Numbered from the stretch's first letter, positions 9,396-20,272 are shown. The stretch: DNA of 64,000 nt from Bacillota bacterium (GCA_023665365.1 JAMPEA010000007.1:4516-68515); one strand, 5' to 3'. The notes: generated from the sequence alone by a model not told the origin. Numbers and translations: made by a program.

Positions 9396-11315
9396 ATGTT
9401 TGGAAAACGCAAAATAAACGCGATAGGCACTTTTATATGCGCGATTATTTTGACGTTGGTTTTAACTTTTGCGTTTTCTCTTTACGACGTTGCCGATGCA
9501 GTTTCGCCCGCGAAATACGTTGCGGACGTTTGCAACAATGACTTGGAGTGGTGGTCGCAGGACGATTACCTTGACATCGGCAGATTGAAAACCACCGTGC
9601 AAGGTTGGTTCAGTGATGATAAATACGACTTCGACTACCTCGAAGAAAATCCCATAATCGTCGCGGTTATCGACAGCGGCGCAAATATCGAGCACGAACT
9701 GTTCAGCGGCAAGTATGGCGCGGACGGCGTTTACGACGAGGGCGCAATCGACTCAAACGGAGTGGGACTATACGACGTTATTTTGCGGGACGCAGACGGC
9801 AATCCTATTTTGAAAAATACGGCAACCAACCGCGGATACAGCGATGACGATATAGCCGACGACGAAAACAGAAAGCACGGCACGCACGTTGCGGGGATAG
9901 TGGCTACTCTTATCCACGCGCTCGACCTCGAAAGATATATAAAGATTTTGCCCATAAAAGCGTCATATCACTACGTCACGTCTATATTTGAGGGGAGCAA
10001 AGAAAAGGACAGCTTTGACGGAAACGCCGTCAAAAAAGCCGTCGAGTTTGCAATAGCGCAGGGCGCGGACGTTATAAATATGTCGCTGTCGTCCGACAGC
10101 AGAGGCTTTGCTGGACTTGATACGTCTGACGCGTATAAAAAAGCCGTCCTTGTCGCCGCGGCGGGAAACGACGGCTCAAAGACGAGATGCTATCCTGCGG
10201 CGTTGCCAAACGTAATCGGAGTGATGAACTACACTCATACGGGTAGCGGCGAAATTGTTTTGAGCGACAGCTCCAACTACGGCAAATGGAGCAACGGCGG
10301 ATACGACCTGTGCGCGCCGGGGAGCGATATATTCAGCGCGAACGGCGTTTTCAGTCAAGAAAGCGGCTATGAATACAAATCGCTGTCGGGCACGAGCATG
10401 GCTTCACCCATCGTATCATTCGGCGCGGCGCTTTTGGCGATGAAATATAAGGCGCTCGCGGGAGAGTACGGCGAGGAAATAAATCCCGAGGAACTTGCGG
10501 GGCTTGTAAGATACGCTTATACGAAAACCGTCACGCGCAACGAAAGCGGAACTCAGACGGGCGAGTATAACGTGTTCGATATAAATAAGCTCGTCGATTA
10601 CGTGTCTTATAGCGCGCGCATCGACGTTGACGACATATCTCTTTTAAATCAGAGGCTGGGCACAATCCGCTCGATAAACTTCAAACTGAGCGTCATGCCG
10701 ACGAGCGAGTACGGCAACGGCGACGTGGAGTGGTTTGCCGACGACGAGAAAATCGGCGAGGGGTTTGAAATAGAGTACCTGCCGCCGTCCGAGGTCAAGG
10801 AGACTACTATACAAGCAATTTGGAAGTATTTAAGCCCCGACGGGCAGGTTTACGAGACTGCGACTTCGACAGTATCCGTTGACTATATGCCCGTCACCGC
10901 AAGCACGGTCGCAAATTTTGATTTTGTCATCAGCGATGGCGGCGACGCGCGCGAAGATATTTCAGTATTAAACGCAGGACATACTTATCGCTTTGACGTT
11001 AGCGGACTGCAAAACGTATCCGAAGCCGACGCTCGAAACTGCGTGTGGTTTGTAAACGGCGAATACGTACACATGGGCGCGTACTTTGATTTTTCCGCAA
11101 GCAAAGAGGGCAACTACGAAATCAAGATAAAGATAAACGGATACGAAAGCGCTTCGACGCTCGTAAGCGTATCGAGTGACAAGCCCGACGCGGGACGAAA
11201 ACGCGAGTTGCAAATTTTTACGATTGTCTTTTGCTCCGTTGCGGGAGCGACTGCGCTAATATTGGCGATTACGATAATAGCAAGACACAGAAGTAAGCGT
11301 AAAAACAACTATTGA
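9396..11315 (+). CDS. S8 family subtilisin-like serine peptidase, secreted and C-terminally membrane anchored
   Basis: Catalytic triad motifs VAVIDSGAN (Asp), HGTHVAGIVA (His) and SGTSMASPIV (Ser). It has an N-terminal signal anchor, an Ig-like C-terminal region and a final TM (IFTIVFCSVAGATALILAITII) with a basic tail. SD GGAGGAG is present. Confidence 0.9.
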   Translation: MFGKRKINAIGTFICAIILTLVLTFAFSLYDVADAVSPAKYVADVCNNDLEWWSQDDYLDIGRLKTTVQGWFSDDKYDFDYLEENPIIVAVIDSGANIEHELFSGKYGADGVYDEGAIDSNGVGLYDVILRDADGNPILKNTATNRGYSDDDIADDENRKHGTHVAGIVATLIHALDLERYIKILPIKASYHYVTSIFEGSKEKDSFDGNAVKKAVEFAIAQGADVINMSLSSDSRGFAGLDTSDAYKKAVLVAAAGNDGSKTRCYPAALPNVIGVMNYTHTGSGEIVLSDSSNYGKWSNGGYDLCAPGSDIFSANGVFSQESGYEYKSLSGTSMASPIVSFGAALLAMKYKALAGEYGEEINPEELAGLVRYAYTKTVTRNESGTQTGEYNVFDINKLVDYVSYSARIDVDDISLLNQRLGTIRSINFKLSVMPTSEYGNGDVEWFADDEKIGEGFEIEYLPPSEVKETTIQAIWKYLSPDGQVYETATSTVSVDYMPVTASTVANFDFVISDGGDAREDISVLNAGHTYRFDVSGLQNVSEADARNCVWFVNGEYVHMGAYFDFSASKEGNYEIKIKINGYESASTLVSVSSDKPDAGRKRELQIFTIVFCSVAGATALILAITIIARHRSKRKNNY

Positions 11316-11360
11316 GGCGGCGTTTTGAAAGACGATAGGGGCTATAAAATTCAGATACGA

Positions 11361-11396
11361 AAAAAAGGCTGTGCAAAGACAGCCTTTTACTTTTCA
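11361..11396. terminator. bidirectional terminator between the S8 peptidase gene and rpsT
   Basis: AAAAGGCTGT-gcaaag-ACAGCCTTTT, flanked by A and T runs. Confidence 0.85.
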
Positions 11397-11406
11397 AATA
11401 AATTTA

Positions 11407-11679
11407 TTATTTTGCGGCTTTAAGCGCGTCGAGAGAGCGGCAAATAGTAGCCTTTTTCCTTGCGGCGGTGTTGGATTTGTAGATGCCGTCCTTCATTGCG
11501 CAGTCGATGACCGACATGGTTTCGGGCAAAAGTTTTTCGGCAAGGGCAACGTCTTTCGCTTCGATGGCGGCGTTGTACTTTTTGATAGCCGTTCTTACGC
11601 GCGACTTTTTGGCGGTGTTGATTTCATTCTTCTTCGCGGAAGTGATGACTCTCTTTTTTGCTGACTTTATATTTGGCAT
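11407..11679 (-). CDS. rpsT: 30S ribosomal protein S20
   Basis: MPNIKSAKKRVITSAKKNEINTAKKSRVRTAIKK... (90 aa). The true ATG is at 11679 with a GAGGAGAAAAA SD. The longer 160-aa ORF is an upstream extension. Confidence 0.95.
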   Translation of the reverse strand: MPNIKSAKKRVITSAKKNEINTAKKSRVRTAIKKYNAAIEAKDVALAEKLLPETMSVIDCAMKDGIYKSNTAARKKATICRSLDALKAAK

Positions 11680-11755
11680 ATTTTTCTCCTCGTACCTTGT
11701 ACTGACTAAATATCTTTGATATATTAACACAACGCGAAATAACTTGCAACCGTTT

Positions 11756-11791
11756 TTGCATTGATTTTTTTGTAATATCCATAATAAGAGT
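11756..11791 (+). promoter_or_regulatory. promoter giving a leaderless gpr mRNA
   Basis: TTGCAT (11756-11761), 18 nt, CATAAT (11780-11785), 6 nt, ATG 11792. No usable SD. Confidence 0.5.
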
Positions 11792-12652
11792 ATGAAAAAT
11801 TCGGAATTTATCTCGGATATGGCGATAGAGGCGGCAGAGGCGAACGGACTTAAAGAGCTGTCTAAGCGCACGGAGCTTTCCTGCGGCATAGTGCAACACT
11901 ATCTGAATATCAAGAGCTTGGAGCTTGCTAAGCAGGTCGGCAGGGAAAGAGGCGTTTATATCACCTTCGACTGCAATAGGAGCGTATACGACAGCGAGCG
12001 CGCAATGAGGGCGCTTGCAACTTATATATCCACGGCGGTCACAGGACTTATAGGCACTGTGCGCAAGACCACTCCCATACTTGTCGTAGGGCTCGGAAAC
12101 GGCGGAGTGATTGCCGACGCGCTCGGCAAGCGCGCGGTTGACGGCATAGAGGTGACAAAGGAGTATCCAACGTCGATGACCAAGCAGTGCGTATACGCTA
12201 TGACTACGGGCGTACTCGGCACTACGGGAATGCAGTCGGCGGATATAGCGGGCGCGGTGGCTGACAGAATAAAGCCGAGCACCGTCATACTCATCGACAG
12301 CCTTGCGACGGGAACTGCGTCGAGAGTGGGAACGTCCTTTCAAATTTCCACCGCGGGGATTTCGCCGGGCGGAGGCGTAGGACAGGACAAACAGCGCATA
12401 GATAAAAGCGTACTCGGCGTGCCGGTCGTCGCAATCGGCGTGCCGCTTATGCTGTCTATGAGGACGGCGGTTTACGGCATAGTCAAGGATTACGTGTCAA
12501 AAGTCGGCGGGGTTGTGGACGAGTATAAACTGCGGGCGGAAATGGCGGATAAAAATCTGTCGAATCTCGTAGTATCGCCAAAGGAGATAGATTTTTTGGT
12601 GGACGCGTCCGCGGGAATAATCGCAACCGCGCTAAATAAGTCGTTTGCGTGA
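11792..12652 (+). CDS. gpr: GPR endopeptidase (spore germination protease, peptidase A25)
   Basis: Motifs SDMAIEA, VVGLGNGGVIADALG, VILIDSLATG...FQISTAGISPGGGVG, LGVPVVAIGVPLM and LVVSPKEIDF. It lies next to rpsT, as in Bacillus. Confidence 0.85.
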   Translation: MKNSEFISDMAIEAAEANGLKELSKRTELSCGIVQHYLNIKSLELAKQVGRERGVYITFDCNRSVYDSERAMRALATYISTAVTGLIGTVRKTTPILVVGLGNGGVIADALGKRAVDGIEVTKEYPTSMTKQCVYAMTTGVLGTTGMQSADIAGAVADRIKPSTVILIDSLATGTASRVGTSFQISTAGISPGGGVGQDKQRIDKSVLGVPVVAIGVPLMLSMRTAVYGIVKDYVSKVGGVVDEYKLRAEMADKNLSNLVVSPKEIDFLVDASAGIIATALNKSFA

Positions 12653-12703
12653 TTTAGCCGATTAGAATATCGAAAACTTCATATATTAAAGCATACAGCG
12701 CAG

Positions 12704-13432
12704 TTATTTTTCGGCGTCGATTGTATTCGCGTTAAGCAGCAGACGCAAGACGTTATCGTATTTTTTGCTTTCGTTTTGAGCGGTGAAGTCAAAGGTGATT
12801 TCAGAGGGGAAATCGGGTCGTTTCGTCACGACGCTCGACAGTTCGCATAGCAGACGGTCGTTGCCGCTTACAAGTTCCGCATCTCCGATGACGTCGGTTA
12901 TTTGTTTTTTGCAATAGAGATAGTGCGAGCAACCGAGTATCACACGTTTCACCCCTTTAAATGGTGCTAAGTGCGCGTTAAAATACGGGGCGAGCTCGTC
13001 CATATTCAAATTGCCTTTTAGGTGGTTGAGGTTTGCTTGAACCTCGACGAGAGTCGCAAGTTCGGGCGTATGTACAATCCTATATCCGCTTAAATACAAT
13101 ATCGCGCTAAGCGTGCGGTCGGTCGCCATAAGCAGAGTGTCGTTTGCCTCGGCGCGGAATAAGTCCACGGGAGGGAGCAGCCTTATAATCTCCTTGTCGT
13201 CGCTGATACTCGACGCAGTGTTGCAGGCTACGACCGCTACGTCCGAATGGGCGCGGACCTTTTTTATTCCGCTTGCCACTATCTCTTTGAGTTCGCTTTC
13301 GCTTTTAGTGCCGAACGGGTGATTTAGATTGTCCGCAAGATAATAAATATCGTTTCCCTCGAAGCGGAGGAGAATTTCCGCTACGCTTGTAAGTCCGCCG
13401 ATGCCGCTGTCATAAACTCCGATAACTGCCAT
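12704..13432 (-). CDS. murI: glutamate racemase (Asp/Glu racemase family)
   Basis: Motifs VYDSGIGGLT, VVACNTASS and LGCSHY. At 242 aa it is slightly short for MurI. Confidence 0.75.
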   Translation of the reverse strand: MAVIGVYDSGIGGLTSVAEILLRFEGNDIYYLADNLNHPFGTKSESELKEIVASGIKKVRAHSDVAVVACNTASSISDDKEIIRLLPPVDLFRAEANDTLLMATDRTLSAILYLSGYRIVHTPELATLVEVQANLNHLKGNLNMDELAPYFNAHLAPFKGVKRVILGCSHYLYCKKQITDVIGDAELVSGNDRLLCELSSVVTKRPDFPSEITFDFTAQNESKKYDNVLRLLLNANTIDAEK

Positions 13433-13578
13433 AGCAAAAATATATGCCGTTCGACTTTCGTCTATGAGCGTTGAAAAGTTGTTTGCAACGCGCTATTTTT
13501 TATTGCAATTTTTTCGCGTATATGGTAAATTTATTATAAAATTTATTTAACTTTAATTTAACAATAGCGGGAGATAAT

Positions 13579-15108
13579 ATGCTTGCAAAGATAAAAAGCT
13601 ACGCATTAGAGGGATTAAACGGTTACGCCGTGGACGTCGAGACGGACATAAACAGCGGAGTTCCCGGATACGAGATGGTCGGATTGGCATCCACCGCCAC
13701 CAAAGAGAGCAAGGAACGCGTGCGCTCGGCGGTTAAAAACAGCGGATTTCAGTATCCGGCAAAGCGTATCACCGTCAATCTCGCTCCCGCCGACGTGAAA
13801 AAGGAAGGTCCTATTTTCGACCTCGCAACGGCAGTCGGCATTCTCGTAGCGTCGGGACAGCTCGAACACAAGCTGTACAAGGAGTTTGTGATTATAGGCG
13901 AACTGTCGCTCGACGGCAAACTCAGGCACGTAAACGGCATAATGTCGATACTCATATCCGCAATGCAGGACGGCAATAAAAAGTTTATCATTCCTACCGC
14001 GGACGCGAGAGAGGCGAGCTATATAGAGGGGATTTCGGTCTATGCTTTCGATAATCTGCGTCAGACGATAGAGTTTTTGTCGGGAGCGGAGTCCGAGCCT
14101 ATAAAGACGTCGAGCTACGAAGCGAGCTGTCAAGGACACGGCTACGGCGTGGACTTTTCGGACGTAAAGGGGCAGATACGCGCAAAGCGCGCGCTTGAAA
14201 TCGCGGTCGCGGGAGGGCACAACGCCATTATGATAGGACCTCCCGGCGCAGGCAAAACCATGCTTGCAAAGTGCGTGCCCACTATCATGCCCGAGATGAC
14301 TTTCGACGAAGCCGTCGAGGTGACGAAGATACATAGCGTAGCGGGCATTCTCGATAGCAACGTCGGCATAGTGACGACGCGCCCGTTTAGAACTCCGCAC
14401 CATACGACGACCGTCCCCGCGCTCGTGGGAGGAGGGGCAAAGGCAAAGCCCGGCGAGGTCAGTCTCGCAAATCACGGAGTGCTGTTCCTCGACGAAATGC
14501 CGGAGTATTCCCGCCGCGCGCTCGAAACTCTGCGCCAGCCTCTCGAAGACAGAAAAGTCACCGTATCGAGGGTTCAAAACACCGTGGAATATCCCGCAAA
14601 CTTTATGCTGATTGCAAGTATGAACCCCTGTCCGTGCGGCAACTACGGCTCGAAAACGCAGGTCTGCCGCTGTACGCCGTCGCAGATACATAACTACGTA
14701 TCAAAGCTCTCGGGTCCGCTTATGGACAGAATAGATTTGCAAATAGAAGTTGATAATATTTCGTACGGGGAGCTCAGAGGTCCCGCCGCAAAGGCGGAAA
14801 CTTCCGCCGAGATAAAGGCGAGGATAAACGCCGCTCGCGCGATACAGCTTGAAAGGTTTAAAGACGTAGGCATACTTACGAACGCCGAGATGGGCTCGCG
14901 CGAACTGAACGAATACTGCAAAATCGACGCGGATTGCGAGCGCCTGCTCGAAAAGGCGTTTGAAAAACTCAATCTGAGCGCGCGAGGCACTACGAGGGTT
15001 TTGAAGGTCGCTCGCACTATTGCCGACCTCGAAGGCAGTGAAAACATATTGCCTCAGCATATAGCCGAGGCGATACAGTATAGGGGAATTGACAGGAAAT
15101 ACGGCTGA
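13579..15108 (+). CDS. comM: YifB/ComM family Mg-chelatase-like AAA+ ATPase
   Basis: N-terminal Lon-like domain, Walker A GPPGAGKTMLA, Walker B LFLDEMPE, and C-terminal RGTTRVLKVARTIADL. Confidence 0.9.
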   Translation: MLAKIKSYALEGLNGYAVDVETDINSGVPGYEMVGLASTATKESKERVRSAVKNSGFQYPAKRITVNLAPADVKKEGPIFDLATAVGILVASGQLEHKLYKEFVIIGELSLDGKLRHVNGIMSILISAMQDGNKKFIIPTADAREASYIEGISVYAFDNLRQTIEFLSGAESEPIKTSSYEASCQGHGYGVDFSDVKGQIRAKRALEIAVAGGHNAIMIGPPGAGKTMLAKCVPTIMPEMTFDEAVEVTKIHSVAGILDSNVGIVTTRPFRTPHHTTTVPALVGGGAKAKPGEVSLANHGVLFLDEMPEYSRRALETLRQPLEDRKVTVSRVQNTVEYPANFMLIASMNPCPCGNYGSKTQVCRCTPSQIHNYVSKLSGPLMDRIDLQIEVDNISYGELRGPAAKAETSAEIKARINAARAIQLERFKDVGILTNAEMGSRELNEYCKIDADCERLLEKAFEKLNLSARGTTRVLKVARTIADLEGSENILPQHIAEAIQYRGIDRKYG

Positions 15109-16199
15109 TGGACAACATTGATTCGACAACTAAAATATTGCTTGCGCTCGCGTACGTGGAGGAGCTTGCATATAAGAAAAAATTCGCGCTTTTGAAAGCT
15201 GTGGACGATATTCCGAGCGAAATCTTGAAGGATAGAAAGGCTGTGAGCGGGATACTCGGCGCGGACAAGGCGAAGGAGTTTTTTGACAATCTCGACAGAA
15301 TGGACGACATCATTGCCGAGATGAAAAAGAATGACGTGCATTGGATTTCTTATCTCGACAAGGACAGTTATCCCGAACTGCTTGCAAATATTCCCGACCC
15401 GCCTATAATGCTGTTTGTAAAGGGCAACGCGCAGATTTTGCAATCGAAGTGTATCGCGGTCGTAGGCTCGCGCAAAGCCACCCGCTACGGAGAAAAAGTA
15501 GCCGAGGATTTTTCGAGGGAGTTCGCGCGTGCGGGAGTCACGGTGGTATCGGGCTTTGCAAGAGGCATAGACGGCATAGCTCATAAGGCTTGCGTGGCAA
15601 GCGGAAGCCCGACGGTCGCGGTGTTTGCGTGCGGTCTCGACGTAATTTATCCCGCCGAGCACAAAGGGCTTATGGAGGGCATTCTGACAAACGGCGGCGC
15701 AATCGTAAGCGAATATCCGCTCGGCACGAAGCCTCTGCAATATCACTTTCCCGAGCGCAATCGCATTATCAGCGGACTTAGCAAAGGCGTATTCCTCGCG
15801 CAGGCGGCAAAGAGAAGCGGCTCGCTCATCACTATGCGCATCGCAAACGACGATCAGGGACGCAGCATTTTCGCAGTCCCCGGCAACGTGTACGCCGCAG
15901 AAAACGAGGGCGGAAACGAGCTGTTGAGAGAGTGTCCTCACGCGCTCGTCATCTCTCCCGACGACGTGCTTGACGGACTTGGGATAAAGCGCGAGGGCGT
16001 AAAAAAGCAGGTGGTTGAAGTCAGCCTTGTCGAAAGTCAGATACTCGAAGCGCTCCGCGACGACGAAAAGCACTTCGAGGAGTTGCTCGAAATCACCGAG
16101 CTCGGCGTGTCGGAGCTTACGTCCACTCTTTTCAATCTGACAGTCAACGGGCTTATTCAGGAGACGGGCGGAAATTACTATTCGCTGTCGGGAATGTAA
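15108..16199 (+). CDS. dprA: DNA-processing protein DprA/Smf
   Basis: Motifs VVGSRKATRYG and VVSGFARGIDGIAHKA, with a C-terminal winged-helix tail. There is a TGATG overlap with comM. Confidence 0.9.
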   Translation: MDNIDSTTKILLALAYVEELAYKKKFALLKAVDDIPSEILKDRKAVSGILGADKAKEFFDNLDRMDDIIAEMKKNDVHWISYLDKDSYPELLANIPDPPIMLFVKGNAQILQSKCIAVVGSRKATRYGEKVAEDFSREFARAGVTVVSGFARGIDGIAHKACVASGSPTVAVFACGLDVIYPAEHKGLMEGILTNGGAIVSEYPLGTKPLQYHFPERNRIISGLSKGVFLAQAAKRSGSLITMRIANDDQGRSIFAVPGNVYAAENEGGNELLRECPHALVISPDDVLDGLGIKREGVKKQVVEVSLVESQILEALRDDEKHFEELLEITELGVSELTSTLFNLTVNGLIQETGGNYYSLSGM

Positions 16200-16248
16200 A
16201 TAAGAAAAAAATTTGTAAATCAATATATCGTTACATCAAGGAGATTAC

Positions 16249-18366
16249 ATGAAACAGCTTATCATTGTCGAGTCACCTCATAAAGCAAAGACAATACAAA
16301 AGTACCTCGGCTCGGAAGCGCAGGTTCTTGCGTCAAAAGGACACGTATGCGATTTGCCGCAACGCTCGTTGGGCATCGACATCGAAAACGGCTACAAACC
16401 GCAGTACGTCGTATCGGAGGACAAAGAAGCGACGATAAAACAACTCTCGCAAGCGGTCAAAAAGTACGACAAAGTTTATCTCGCAACCGACCCCGACCGC
16501 GAGGGCGAGGCTATAAGTTGGCATCTTAAAAACGTGCTCGGGATCGACGAAAAGGAAGTCCGCATAGAGTTTAACGAAATTTCTCCCAAAGCCGTGCGCG
16601 CGGCAATGAAAAAACCGAGGGAAATAAATATGGACCTCGTGGACAGCCAGCAGGCGCGCAGAGTGCTTGATAGGCTTGTGGGCTACAAAATTTCTCCCAT
16701 ACTTTCAAGAAAACTCAAACCCAGTCTTTCGGCGGGTCGCGTACAGTCGGCGGCGCTCAAAATGATTGTGGACAGAGAAAAGGAAATCCGCGCGTTCGTG
16801 CCCGAGGAGTATTGGAATATCAACGCCATTCTCTTAAAGGCGGGGGCGCAAAAGACGAAAGCCAATCTATTCAACGCCGCGCTCAACGACAGCAACGGCA
16901 AAAAAATCAAGGTTGTAAACGAAGAGGAGGCGGGCGTAATTACGAGCTTTATGCGCAGGTGCGGCTACGTCGTAGACGAGGTGAAAAAGAGCGTTTCTAT
17001 TTCAAAACCCGCGCCGCCGTTTACAACGTCAACCATGCAGCAGGAGGCGAGTCATAAGCTCGGCTTCACGGCGGACCGCACGAGCAGAATCGCGCAGTCG
17101 CTGTACGAGGGCGTCAATATCGAGGGCGAGGGCTTGCACGCGCTCATCACGTATATAAGAACGGACAGCGTGCGCATTTCTCCCGACTTCGCAAGGGCAA
17201 CGCTCGGATTTATCGCCGATAACTACGGCGAGGAGTACGCCCCCAAATCTCCGAACGTCTACAAAACGAGCGAAAACGCGCAGGACGCGCACGAGGCTAT
17301 AAGACCTATCGACCTCTCGTTTACGCCCAAATCTCTTGAAGGCAAAATGGATAAGGACGCTTTCCGCCTCTACAAACTGATATACGAAAGATATATGGCT
17401 TCGCAGATGTCAAATGCGCAATATAATACGATGCGCGTGCACATTTTAGGGTCGAGCGGCTCGGAAAGCCTCGGCTTCGTGGTCAAGGGCAAGAGCATAA
17501 AATTCAAGGGCTACACGGCGGTCTATTCCGCAACGGTCGAGGAGGACGAGGACGAAAAGGAAATAGATACCATGCCCGACCTCAACGAGGGGGACAGACT
17601 CTCGCTCGAAGACGTGCTCAGCGAGCAGAAGTTCACAAAGCCGCCCGCGAGATACAACGACGCGACCCTCGTCAAAGCGCTCGAAGAAAACGGGATAGGC
17701 AGACCGTCCACCTATGCGTCGATAATATCCGTGCTCGCAAAGCGCGAATACACTGAAAAACAGCAAAAATCCATCGCTCCGACTCAGCTCGGCGAAGCCG
17801 TTTGCGAGTATATGGAGCACAATTTCCCCGATATTATGAGCCTCGATTTCACCGCGAGGCTGGAAGGCGCGCTCGATAAAGTCGCCGAGGGCAATCAGCA
17901 GTGGCAGGAGCTTATAGGCGCGTTTTATCCGCGTTTGCAGAGGTTTTTGGACAGAGCCGCAAAAGCGAGCGGCGGGAACTATCTGCCCGACGAGGAAAGC
18001 GACGTAGTGTGCGATAAATGCGGCGCGAAAATGGTCGTGCGTCACGGCAAATACGGTCCGTTCCTTGCGTGTCCGAATTATCCGCGTTGCAAAAACATAA
18101 AGAAAATCGTCGAGGTCGTGGGTAAGTGTCCCAAGTGCGGCGGCGACGTAAGCAAGCGGGTTTCCAAAAGCGGAAAGACGTTCTACGGCTGTACGAATTA
18201 TCCAAAGTGCGATTTTATCAGCTGGGATATTCCCGCGCCGTATTTCTGTCCCGATTGCGGAAATACGATGAAAGTCGTCAAGCGCGACGATAAAACGTAC
18301 TACGTCTGCACGGACAGACAGTGCAAACATAGAGAACTCGTCAAAACAGACGGCGAGGACGAATAA
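16249..18366 (+). CDS. topA: DNA topoisomerase I
   Basis: TOPRIM (LIIVESPHKAKTI, DPDREGEAISWH), active-site tyrosine region ITYIRTDS, and three C-terminal Cys4 zinc ribbons. Confidence 0.95.
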   Translation: MKQLIIVESPHKAKTIQKYLGSEAQVLASKGHVCDLPQRSLGIDIENGYKPQYVVSEDKEATIKQLSQAVKKYDKVYLATDPDREGEAISWHLKNVLGIDEKEVRIEFNEISPKAVRAAMKKPREINMDLVDSQQARRVLDRLVGYKISPILSRKLKPSLSAGRVQSAALKMIVDREKEIRAFVPEEYWNINAILLKAGAQKTKANLFNAALNDSNGKKIKVVNEEEAGVITSFMRRCGYVVDEVKKSVSISKPAPPFTTSTMQQEASHKLGFTADRTSRIAQSLYEGVNIEGEGLHALITYIRTDSVRISPDFARATLGFIADNYGEEYAPKSPNVYKTSENAQDAHEAIRPIDLSFTPKSLEGKMDKDAFRLYKLIYERYMASQMSNAQYNTMRVHILGSSGSESLGFVVKGKSIKFKGYTAVYSATVEEDEDEKEIDTMPDLNEGDRLSLEDVLSEQKFTKPPARYNDATLVKALEENGIGRPSTYASIISVLAKREYTEKQQKSIAPTQLGEAVCEYMEHNFPDIMSLDFTARLEGALDKVAEGNQQWQELIGAFYPRLQRFLDRAAKASGGNYLPDEESDVVCDKCGAKMVVRHGKYGPFLACPNYPRCKNIKKIVEVVGKCPKCGGDVSKRVSKSGKTFYGCTNYPKCDFISWDIPAPYFCPDCGNTMKVVKRDDKTYYVCTDRQCKHRELVKTDGEDE

Positions 18367-18369
18367 GCG

Positions 18370-19662
18370 ATGCGAGTTAAGGTGATAGGCGGAGGGCTTG
18401 CGGGCGCGGAGTGCGCTTTGCAGTTGCTAAAAGCGGGTTACGCGGTGGATATGTACGAGATGCGTCCTAAGAAAACTACGGGCGCGCATAGCACTGAAAA
18501 CCTTGCGGAGCTTGTATGCTCCAACTCCTTAAAATCCGAAGAGCCTACCACTGCGTCAGGTCTTTTAAAGGAGGAGCTCGACGCGCTCGGGTGCGAGCTT
18601 TTGCCTCTTGCAAGGGAGGCGAGAGTTCCGTCGGGAAGCGCGCTGTCGGTGGACAGAGTTAAGTTTTCAAGGCTCGTCGAAGAAAAACTGCGCTCCTACG
18701 ACGCGTTTACGCTGATACGCGAGGAGGTTACGAGCCTCGACGATACGCCGACCGTCATCGCAACAGGTCCGCTTACGTCGCAGGCTATGGCGGATATAAT
18801 AGGCGAAATAAGCGGAAAGAAAAGACTTTTCTTTTACGACGCAATAGCGCCGATAGTGTCCGCCGACAGTATCGATTACGACAGGGCGTATTTCGGCGGA
18901 AGATACGGCAAGGGCGGCGACGATTATCTCAATCTGCCCATGCGAAAAGAGGAGTACGAGATTTTCTACAACGAGCTTATAAACGCCCAAACCGTCATTT
19001 TGCACGACTTTGAAAAGAGCGAGCTGTTCGAGGGCTGTATGCCTATCGAGGAAATGGCGAAGCGCGGAAGCGATACGATTAGGTTCGGTCCGTTGAAGCC
19101 GATAGGGCTTACAAACCCCAAGACGGGCGAAAAGGCATATGCGGTCGTGCAGTTGAGGCGCGAAAACTTGGCGGGAGATTGCTTTAATCTCGTGGGATTT
19201 CAAACCAATCTCACTTACGCCGAGCAAAAGCGCGTATTCGGGCTTATCCCCGCGCTCAAAAACGCCGAGTTTTTGCGATACGGCATAATGCACCGCAATA
19301 CGTACGTTGACGCTCCGAGCGTGCTTAGCGAACTGTTTAGAGTGAAAAACTCAAAAACTCCGCTGTACATAGCCGGTCAACTTTCGGGCGTAGAGGGCTA
19401 CGTCGAAAGCATAATGAGCGGAATGATTGCCGCGTACTCGATGATTTGCGAGCTTATGGGCGACGTTTACGAATTGCCGAGGGATATAACCATAGTCGGC
19501 GCGCTTTGCAGATACATAGCGACGTGTCCTACGGATTTCAAGCCTATGAACGCAAACTTCGGGATACTCCCGCCAATCGAGGGCGTGCGCGATAAAAAGG
19601 ACAGGAAGCGCGCGTACCACGATAGGTCTATTGCGAGTATACCTATGCTGCTTGACGATTAA
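18370..19662 (+). CDS. trmFO: methylenetetrahydrofolate--tRNA-(uracil54-C5)-methyltransferase
   Basis: FAD motif [12 protein letters not shown] plus CSNSLK and GFQTNL motifs. It has the conserved position after topA. Confidence 0.93.
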   Translation: MRVKVIGGGLAGAECALQLLKAGYAVDMYEMRPKKTTGAHSTENLAELVCSNSLKSEEPTTASGLLKEELDALGCELLPLAREARVPSGSALSVDRVKFSRLVEEKLRSYDAFTLIREEVTSLDDTPTVIATGPLTSQAMADIIGEISGKKRLFFYDAIAPIVSADSIDYDRAYFGGRYGKGGDDYLNLPMRKEEYEIFYNELINAQTVILHDFEKSELFEGCMPIEEMAKRGSDTIRFGPLKPIGLTNPKTGEKAYAVVQLRRENLAGDCFNLVGFQTNLTYAEQKRVFGLIPALKNAEFLRYGIMHRNTYVDAPSVLSELFRVKNSKTPLYIAGQLSGVEGYVESIMSGMIAAYSMICELMGDVYELPRDITIVGALCRYIATCPTDFKPMNANFGILPPIEGVRDKKDRKRAYHDRSIASIPMLLDD

Positions 19663-19738
19663 AATACGCGCGCATATACGCGCACGTACAAATATATTGT
19701 GCTTTGCACTTAAAACGAATACTTTTGGAGGTATAAAT

Positions 19739-20272
19739 ATGGAATTTCGCGGAACTACTATTTGCGCCGTTAAGCGCGACGGTATGACCGCAATCGCCGG
19801 CGACGGACAGGTCACTATGGGCGAAAGCGTGATTATGAAAGGCAACGCCGTAAAGGTGAAGCGTATATACAACGACAGAGTGGTCGTAGGCTTTGCGGGG
19901 TCGGTGTCGGACGCGTTTGCGTTATCCGAAAAGTTTGAGGCTATGCTTCAAAAATTCAGCGGAAATCTCATGCGTTCGGCGGTGGAACTCGCAGAACTTT
20001 GGCGCTCGGACAAGGGCGGAAGAAGATTGGAGGCTTTGCTCATCGCGGCTGATAAGACTTCGCTTTTCGTCATATCGGGCACGGGCGAGGTCATCGAGCC
20101 CGAAAACGGAATCTGCGCTATCGGGAGCGGCGGCAACTACGCGCTCGCGGCGGCGCGCGCGCTGGCAAGCAATACCGATATGGACGCAAAGAGCATCGCT
20201 CACGCCGCGCTCAAAATCGCAAGCGAAATCTGCGTCTATACCAACGACCACATTACGGTCGAAACCGTTTAA
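19739..20272 (+). CDS. hslV: ATP-dependent protease subunit HslV
   Basis: [15 protein letters not shown]... with an N-terminal Thr nucleophile context. The SD is GGAGG. The listed start at 19631 is an upstream extension. Confidence 0.95.
   Translation: MEFRGTTICAVKRDGMTAIAGDGQVTMGESVIMKGNAVKVKRIYNDRVVVGFAGSVSDAFALSEKFEAMLQKFSGNLMRSAVELAELWRSDKGGRRLEALLIAADKTSLFVISGTGEVIEPENGICAIGSGGNYALAAARALASNTDMDAKSIAHAALKIASEICVYTNDHITVETV

Noticed and set aside
13615-14691. Very long antisense ORFs opposite well-supported genes. Examples are 13615-14691 (358 aa, opposite comM), 15054-16223 (389 aa, opposite dprA), 53159-54466 (435 aa, opposite tig), 1868-2905, 17446-18330, 29931-30860, 33971-35002 and 43257-43988.
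   Set aside because: For the one I checked (13615-14691), the ORF lies in the codon-aligned reverse frame, where stops can only arise from sense codons TTA, CTA or TCA; I assume the same applies to the others. These codons appear rare in this genome, so shadow ORFs are expected. Their translations are low-complexity (R/F/L/V/A-rich), lack motifs and SDs, and the sense strands carry unmistakable conserved domains.
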